Assembly: GCA_965235115.1 (NCBI GenBank)
Contig: OZ249444.1
Location: 18,848,001-18,912,000 of the forward strand
Direction: 5' to 3'
DNA length: 64,000 nucleotides
Origin: Laetmonice hystrix
Lineage: Eukaryota
Shown here in pieces: positions 15,423 to 24,400 of the stretch (within the stretch, counting starts at the first letter, position 1; each line of letters starts with the position of its first letter). Made by a program: the position numbers and the translations under genes. The notes beneath the pieces were generated by a model. The model ran no database searches. It worked only from the letters and a program-made list of their open reading frames with translations, and was not told the DNA's origin.

Positions 15423-18400
15423 CTAGGTGCATACCTTGGTTGACTGTAAAGTCCCATATCCTTCATCAATGCGAGGAGATTTGGGGGTGTCTCGGAGTTG
15501 GGTATGCGGCATGGTATCCACCACTACAGACACTGTGGCATCGCGTGGCCCTTCCCCTACTGATTTTATTGGTACTCCAACCAGTCTGCTTCGAGATGTT
15601 GTGGCTCTAGGGATTGTATTATCCAAGATGACGGCTGAATGCTGCTTCACGGTTGCCAAAGTATCCTTTGGTTTATCATCTTTAGTGCCAAGAGAGTTCA
15701 GGTTAGGCTGAGGAGCTCTCGTGTCTCCACTGGAGTCTTTGTTAACTCTTGGCAGTCTACTTCTGAAGACAGGGAGTGCACTTTGTGGTTTGTTAGCAGT
15801 GTCCACATTATTGTTGGTGTTGCAGTTTTCCTTTCTGACAATCGTACTGTTTGACTGCCTTTCTTTGCCTACATCAACCTGAGGCGAGTTGAGTTCACTT
15901 GTCTTGTCTCGCTGGGACTTCGACTTTTCAAGTTCACTCTCACTATGGTTAGGAAGATGTTTGTTCTCGACAGAGCTGGCGTCACGTCCTTTTGAGGGTT
16001 GTTCAGTGGCTAGATTTAAAGGTTCCACCTTCTGTTGACTCGTGCTACCTAAATCTGTTGGAATTTTTATCTGGCTGCATCCATTTCGTTTTTCTTTCTC
16101 ACACCTCTTACATTTTGCACTGGCCTCCATATCCGTTTGCCCCGATTCCTCATCGACAGTACATGTGTGGATTGAACTATCTGAGACTGCTGTTTCTTTC
16201 ACGAACATTTTGTCCTCCTTTTCCTCTTCAGAACCCTGCAGGCACAGGTCAGAAGTTGCTGTGGTACGTTTCAGACCTGAAGTGTCCAACAGAAAAGATG
16301 TGCTGAGATTCTGTGAATAACGTCGTTCTGGATCAGATTTACGCTCCAAGTCGGGTGAGCTTGAACAGCGCGATGGTTTCGATGCCGACAACCGTTTGCT
16401 GTTCTTTCCAAACGAAAGCCCACTTGGATTACAACCTAATCCCTTGCCGAGAAAATCCTTATCACCATGCTCAGGCTCCTCTTCCATTGAATCAGAAGAG
16501 GAATCCTTGATGATCCGACTTTCAATGCCTTCCAACATGTCATCACAATAATACTCATATGCGTCTGAAGTAACAAAGAACATAGGCTTCCCATTAACAT
16601 AGATGGGAGATTCGTTTTCACCTGATGTTGGTGGGGATTCCATTTTCGAAGCAAGACACCTTTTCCTGTTTGACTGGCCACCAGTCAAACTCTGTGGACG
16701 CTTAAGAAACGATTTACACCTTCCTGGTGATTGTGGTGGTGTTTTGAAGTTCCCTTCTTGAGACGAGTCCCTTCTCAAAATGCTCTCTTCGGCCTTTGAA
16801 GATTCCACAGCCTGTGAACTGACCTGACCCAAGTCACATTGGCCCTTATCACCTTTGCTTACTTGAGCTTTTCTGGCATCTCCTTCAGGTACCTTTTCAT
16901 GTCGTAGACTGGGCTCAGAACAGGTGGGCGTCAACAAAGACCTGCTGTTACTATCAATCCTTGGATTACTGAAAGGCTCTCTGCCATGGTGCCTCACGTC
17001 AACATGTAAACTTGAGTCTATTTGTTGGCTGTCCTTCTTTTCAGTTATACTTGACCCAGATTCCGGCTGGCTTGGCCCTGCCGAATGTGAATCACTTCCA
17101 TCTAAATCAAGGTTGTCATCAGAGAGCATAATATCAGGGGTGATAGTGCTGGTACTTGTGAAGCACTCAAGCTCTGCATCCTCCAGGTTATTCAAATACT
17201 CCTCCATTTTTATGGTCTCCTCAGATTTAGCCTTTTTCAATCCTTCGACCTTACTGTCCTGTCCTGCTGAGCTGGACATGCGACTGGAATTTTTAACACA
17301 TTTCGGACTTGCACCTAAAGTTTTTGATTTGTTCACAGTTGTGTTTGATATTGATGTTCCAAGAATCTGATTTGACATAAATAGACTACAGTCTAATCCT
17401 TTATCCTTTTTGGTCGTGTCTTCGATTGCTAGGCCATGAAAGCCACCTTCAAGATCGACATATTTAGCAGAGCGGAGAACGTCATCTTCAGGGCTGCACT
17501 GTTCCCTTTCCTTTGAATGGCCTTCTGTCTCTGCCTCAAGTTCTGAGGCAGTGAGCGTGTCCTCTGAGTCTGTCCTCAGCATGTTGCACTCATACTCAGT
17601 GTTTTCTTCTAGTAAATCAATGGTTTCCTCCTGTAGGTTTTCAGAGCTGCTTCCAATGGTCGTTCCGTCATCATCAGTAGGCGAGGCTACAGGTGTTATA
17701 GAATCTCTGTTTGGGGCTTCAGTTGTTGTGGAACTGTCCGTTTCCGAACTCAGGAAACTTTGTCGTGAATCACGTTTTTCTGCTTCAACATCTTTCTTGT
17801 CTTCCATGGTAAAGTTGTGAGTTGACTCTTCACTAGATTCACTGTTGATTCCGCTGTCAAAGGCTGAATTGCTCATACTCTCCTGGCGAAAACTTTCACT
17901 CATCTCGCTCAAGTCAGCGCTGGCTGGTCTGGAACTTCGCCCACACCCCTTAGATTCTGACTCCTCAGTTGCCGCTGATAAAGCATCTTCACTCTCTCTT
18001 CTTTCGGCAGCTGGTTGGCATGCTGGCTCCTCAGATTTAGTCGATTTTCTAGCGGCCTCCTGTTGACTCATTTGCATTATCTTAGGTTTTTGTTGGGGTG
18101 CACATTCTATTACCAGAACAGTATCATTGTCATAACAGGTGGTGTATGGATCAGTATCCTTTGTGCTTACATCCTCATCCGACTTTGACACATCAGGTTG
18201 AGGGGGAGAACCAGCAGTATCAGTTTTAGCTGAACTTTCCTGGGATGGTTTTCTCAGATATGTCAGTTTAGATCTGTATGTATTGTATCCAGCATAGGGT
18301 TTACGCAGTTTGTTAGGGAGATCACTTAACGATGCTCCTGATGAAGGCTCCTTGGACTTTCCGTAATCATCCTCTGTGGTCGATGTTTTTGTAGGAATTG

Positions 18401-21400
18401 ACCGGACAGGTAATGTTTTGTTCTGAGCTTCTTTAGGTTGTTTCACAGACTTCCTTTCTGTAGTCTTTGCCGTGGTATTAGATGTCTCACTAGCTGCCAT
18501 TTCGATGGCCTCATACTTAGCTTTCACTGACTGTAAGGTCGGTTTAGTTGGTCTCTTGATACCACTACTTGAAGAACCTGGTGATGCAATCCTTCTTATT
18601 GGCACCTGGATCCGACTTTGTGCTGTCCTCTCTGCCACCTTTACTGCAACGCTCTCTGCCCTTAAGTCAACAGATGACGATGATAAGTTTGATGCTTTAA
18701 GATCAGCTTTCACTGATGCATCCTTTACGGTCCGTCCAGTCCCCTTCATACAGTTGTTATTAACTTGCGTTGAATTTGCCTCACTGGTAACTGTCCTTGA
18801 TGACTTAACATCTGTTCTTGAACGTAAATCACTTCTTGATGACCGTATATCTGTTTTTGATGACCTTATATCAGTTCTTGAGTGTTTCAAGTTGGTCCGA
18901 ATATTATTCCGTACATGCCCTACATCAGGACAAGTGGACTGTGCTGACCTTAAATCATTTTGATTTGCATGACCTTGAGTTGACCTTGGCTTCTGAAGAC
19001 CTGACGGCTGCTTTAACCCAGGCTTGGGAATGCTTTGCTTAAGTGAACCCTCAGCACTTTGTTGCGAGTTTTCAGTTTGTGGCCCCGTTCGTTTGGAACT
19101 GTACGCTTTAGTTGCCCCTTTGCCTGCAGCCGAGGACTGACTTTGTGTTGACCTTTGCTCTGAAATTCTGCTAAGATCCGACTTTGATGCCCGTGTTAAA
19201 TCTGTTTTGGAAGACGAGGGCAAAAGACTTCTTTGTAGGATTCTGGGTTGAGTGATATTTGAAGCAGGTTTCTGTCCATTTGGCTTCCTGTCATTCCTTG
19301 ATGAAGACTTCTCTAGCCCTGAGCTTGTCTGCTCTTTAGGAGCTGATATTCCCGATGAACTCCTCTCAGAAGGTAACCGCCGTGCTGGTCCTGCTGGTAC
19401 TTCAACATTTTTATTTCCTTGGTTTAGTCTTGCTGATGATCCTAGCTTCTTTATTGCACCAGTGAGGGTGGCAAAACTGGCAGCACTGGACAACTTGCTT
19501 TGCCCTCTGGGTGGTGGAACTGGCTTTTGATGGTCGCGGTCAGAATTTGTATTCATTTTGGGCTTTGGAACACCTCGCCTTGGGCTACTGGGCTGGCTGT
19601 TTGCTGGTGATCTTAATGCCGATTCCCTCTCTGGTGTTGCACCACGGCTTGAGGTTGGCGTGCCAATCTTAGACTGACCTTGTTGAGAACGATCAGGATA
19701 TCTCAATCTGCTTGGAGCATGTGAAGGCGAGGATAACGGAGACTGTGCAGTTTTTGATACTGACGCCGACTGACTTGTACTTTGTCTGGCCTGGGGGCCT
19801 GATGATGCTTCAGACGACACAGGCACAACATCTGGCGCAGGCACAACGGTATTCGGACTTTGGGCAGGTTTAAATGTTGTCAACTGACGTCGGGGGGAGC
19901 CAGGACTTTGAGGTATTCCACGGCGCACTGATGCTGGGCTTGGATGTGGAGACTGTGGATGAGAAGCTGGCTGAGATCTAGATGGCTGAGGTAGGCTCCG
20001 ACGAGGTGAAACAGGACTGGGCGGTACAATTCTTGAAGGAACAGCAGATCCTGCAACTCTGCCTTGAACGTGCTCTGTTGGTTGATTCTGAATGCGAGTC
20101 TCGGCTTGGGATCGCACGGAATGTTCTGTAATTTGAGGTAGGGTCCTTCTGGGCAGATATGGACTCTGTGATGGTGATCTTGGATGTGGTGGAGTTGGAG
20201 GTAAAGCTCTGTGTGGCACCGCTACACATGTAGTAATCCCCGGCGTAGTTGACCCAGTTGAATTCAAATCTCCGTCACTGCCAGTAGCACTGCAGCTCTC
20301 TTTCACTTTTTTCACTGATGAATAATTCAAACACTGTCTGGGTATGACGGAAGTTTTCTCTTGTGAAATATGAGATGTCCCCGTCTGGTATCTGTCCGTT
20401 TTTGTGTGAGTTCCAGGGTGAGGAACTTCAGCAGAAGTAGCTTCAATAAAGTCAGTGTCTTCTATGTCATCAGTGTGCCGGTTGATATCAACCACCGCTA
20501 ACTGAGTAATCCCAACGGCTGACTTATCCTTTTTATCGCACCTGACACGCACTCTCTGGGACACAACCTCGGTGTCACTCGAGTCAGATTCAGATAAAGT
20601 TAGAGGGCCGACGCTGCCTTCCGCAAACCTGTGTGGATGTTTTATGGCATTCCTGGACCTGGACTTTGGCTTGGTAGTTACTGTAGAGCTTGGTAGGAAG
20701 GACGGCGCGTGGTCCCGCTTCCTAGGCAGTGACGGAGACTGGGATGGGGAGGCGACATTCCCAAGCGGTGGCGGTAGGCCCCCTGCAGCAGCTGTTGTCC
20801 TACCTGAGGGTATGATTCGTTTCCCACCTGTAACACCGGTATATCCTCCAGCTACACCTGCCGATCCTCTCATCAAACCACTATGTTTTTTCAACTTGCC
20901 CTCAGGACGAGATGCACTGCTTCTCTCATCAACCACACCAGCGTGCTTCTTTCCACCCTTACGCAGCAACTTGGATGTTACAGGTCTTTGCCTTGATGAA
21001 CTGTGAGATTTTTCGTTAAGATCTTGCTCACTTGAGGAAGAACTAATAAGGTCACTATTACTGTTACTAAGACTAGACAATGACAGGCTAAGATAACGAT
21101 TAGCTGTTGATTTTGTCCTGGCAGATTTCACTGACGTCATCTTCCTTTGGTGAGATAAAACTGGTGAGGCATGTGCTTGCCGTTTAAGATGCGGAGACTG
21201 TTTCTTTGATACAGTTCGTAAGCTTACATAGGTACCCTTACCAGTCATGTCATCCTCAACATCATTTTCACCAGCAGAATCATCACATGATCCTGAAAAC
21301 TCACTCTCAGTGTTCACCGCTTTTGCTTTTACGGTCACTTTCTTTACCTCAATCTTGGATAATTGTTTATTTAACACGGAACATTGCTGATCATTTCGGT

Positions 21401-24400
21401 GAGGTTGGCAGTCTGCCGGCAGTGCAACATCATCATTAACATCATTATGAGGTACACCTGTGTTCATTATGGTATCACGGTCCTCACCACCTGTCTGCCT
21501 CTGGGTTGAGCCCTCAGGTGTGTCACCAGTACCTCTAACACTCGGATCACCGGGCCCACAAGCCTCCTTGCTGAGGTCTCTGGGGACTGTATCCACAGTT
21601 TCCTGCTTGTCTCCAGCTGTTATTCCCACCACACGTGGGTCCCTATTGTCAGGCACCCTATTGTTCCCCGAAACAACGCTTTTGGCATTGGGTATCTGAA
21701 CTGTGTTGATTTTTAAATAGTCTTCATACTCATCACAAGTGGACGCTCCCATCGTGTCCTCCACCCTGGGGCGACGATATAGAAGGTGTGGGCGGGGTCG
21801 TAGACCGTGACCAGAACCATCAAGGCGTGACGGGTCTGGCTGCCGTTGTGGTGGGGCTGGGCCAAGTTGCCTCTGAGGACTTCGCCGAGACTGACCCGCA
21901 TTTTTCATCATCATCAGCCTTAATCTCTGGTTGCGCTTAGCTTCAGCTGCGGCCCTCATTAGAGAACTTTTAGGAGTCTGCACTGCAGCATCACATTTTG
22001 TGATAGTGTTTGGTAACTGACCAAGCTGGTCCCGGGCCTCAGACCCAGCTTCAGACAAGGTGTCTGCGGTCTCCATATCCTCTCCCTGAACGTCCATACC
22101 TTGAAAAACCTGCTGTTGGTAAAGTACTCCCTCGGAGCCACAATGTAGATTGCTAACACAATTACTATCAGTCAACAGTTCGGTATTTGTGGCTGAAGTT
22201 TGTTTTTGGCTACAAATTACCAGTTGCGGTTCGGAGCTGTGCATGTCACCACTGGCAAAGCCAGTTTTCTGAAGTGGCGACAACGCTCTGCTAGGCTGCA
22301 CTGGTCTTGAGTAAAGGCCTGTAATTCCTTGGGGCCTAGCTATACTCCTCTTTGTGGCCCCAAGACAGACAGCATCTCCATTTGTCGACAATGAGCAGTT
22401 CGTGCTAGTGGTTTCACAACCTAATACATCAGTAAGAGCACCATTTAGGTCCTTAACTTGCTGTGCACTACGACTGTCTGGTATGGGTAGCTCACTATAT
22501 ATGTGGTCTGCACCTTTAAACTTCTCAGTCTTTCCACCCGCTGAACTAACATGATCAACACTATCACCATTATACCTCAATTCCTCTGATGAATACAAAT
22601 CTGGTCCATGTGTATGATCCCTTTCAGAAAAAGTCTGTGACACAGGATTCCAGAGTCTCCCCTGTTGGCGGACTTTATTTGCATTTGTATTTGCTATTCC
22701 AACTCGCTGGAGTGAACTAGAACTTGAGGCTGAACTGGAACAGTCTTGTGTTGAGATTTGGTCTTGGTTAAGTCGGTCAGACACAGGTCCGTCCCAGCTG
22801 ACACCTCTCCTGTACAATTTATTATCAGTGCTACAATACATATCTGGGGTGAGCACCTCATCTATAGTTTCATATATGTGACTGTCTGGGCTGACGGGGG
22901 TCCACCTTCTGGAGTCGGTTTCTGCCTCAGCTGGGGGTAGGTCGTATATCGGGGAGACATCAGTCAGGGATCTGGAGGTATTTGATGCTGAAGACATGAC
23001 CGGAGACACGACTGCGGAGGTCGGGGTCTGTCTGCGCTCAACATAGTGGGCCATGATGGGTTGGCTATGTCTCCGCTCAGCTGCCAACTCCAACTGGATA
23101 CTGTCCTGGGATGATCCACTCGCTGTGCTGAACCGCTTCTGCTGTTGATCCCGCATTTCAAACGCATCAAGACTCGTATTGGAGTAGCTCTGCGGCAGGC
23201 TGAGAATAAACTGTCCATCTGGTGAAGGTGAAGCACTTGGAGATGGTGAAGGTGTTTGGCATCCTGGGCCAGTGTGCCTCTTGAATCCCGCACGGAGTTC
23301 TGCCATCCTTATCCCACATGACGGGCTGCTGTATAAAGGCCACTTAAGCCCTGGCAGCGCTGATAATGGAGACAAAGGGGACACGGACCGCGTCATGACT
23401 GGAGATGCCGATGTCCTCCGATAGGACATCACAGGACTAGCAGTCACCAACTTTTGTTCATCACTCGGAACTGTTTGTAAAACAGGCGAAGCAGAAACTT
23501 TACGCACATGTTTAGAAGAATTGGTTGCTTTCATTTGTATGCCTGAGACTGGGAGCGCGGATCCCTGGCGCAGATAGAGTCTTTCATCTGAACTGACTGA
23601 CTTTAGATTCATCAACCTCAGCGTTCCTTGTGATAAACCAGCTTCGCCATCGTTAGACTTTGACCGCGGAGGGCCTTTCCTTGGACACATCTCCAGTTGA
23701 CTAGCCAGTAAAAATTCCGGGAGAGAACTCGTCATACTTTCATTTATGTCATCCCTGGCATCAATGTCAGCATTAAATACATCCTCAGCTTCATCACTCT
23801 CATCCCCATCCACTGCTACATCATCGTAAATCCTGTGATTAGTGTCCGTGGTGAGCATGCCAGGAGGCTGCCTTAGTCTCCTCCCAGTGTCATTCTGGCT
23901 GTCTCCTTTCCCCAGCATCTCACCTTTAAGGTGGCCTGAGATGCCATGCGGATGGCTCATCACTGGCTTAATGTCACACGGCGACGTTACTGTGGCCACT
24001 ATTGTGTTAACTGAACCAGCAGGTGGGTGGGATAAATTTACACAGTCATTTTTTACACCCTCCGATCCCCTGCCTTTGCCTGCTGTCCCCAGGCTCATAG
24101 AGATATCCGCTGGAGCTGCCGAGTCAGGAAATTGTATGAGAGACGCACGAGAGTGGGGGGATTTCATTGAGCCATCACAAGCCTGTGAGCAAAGCGGCCT
24201 TGACAGCTGACCGTCACACTTATCACTGCACTTCCTTGGCCCAGCTGGGGTCCTCCCACTAATGAGAACGGTCCTATTATCATCCACCTCAGTGACCTTA
24301 GCCCGGAGCAGGCTTGAGTGGTCAGTACATGTTGCTACACTGGACGTGACTTTGCCATGGGTGTTGTTGTCCACGCTGCTGGTGCTGCCCTCCTCTGCCA

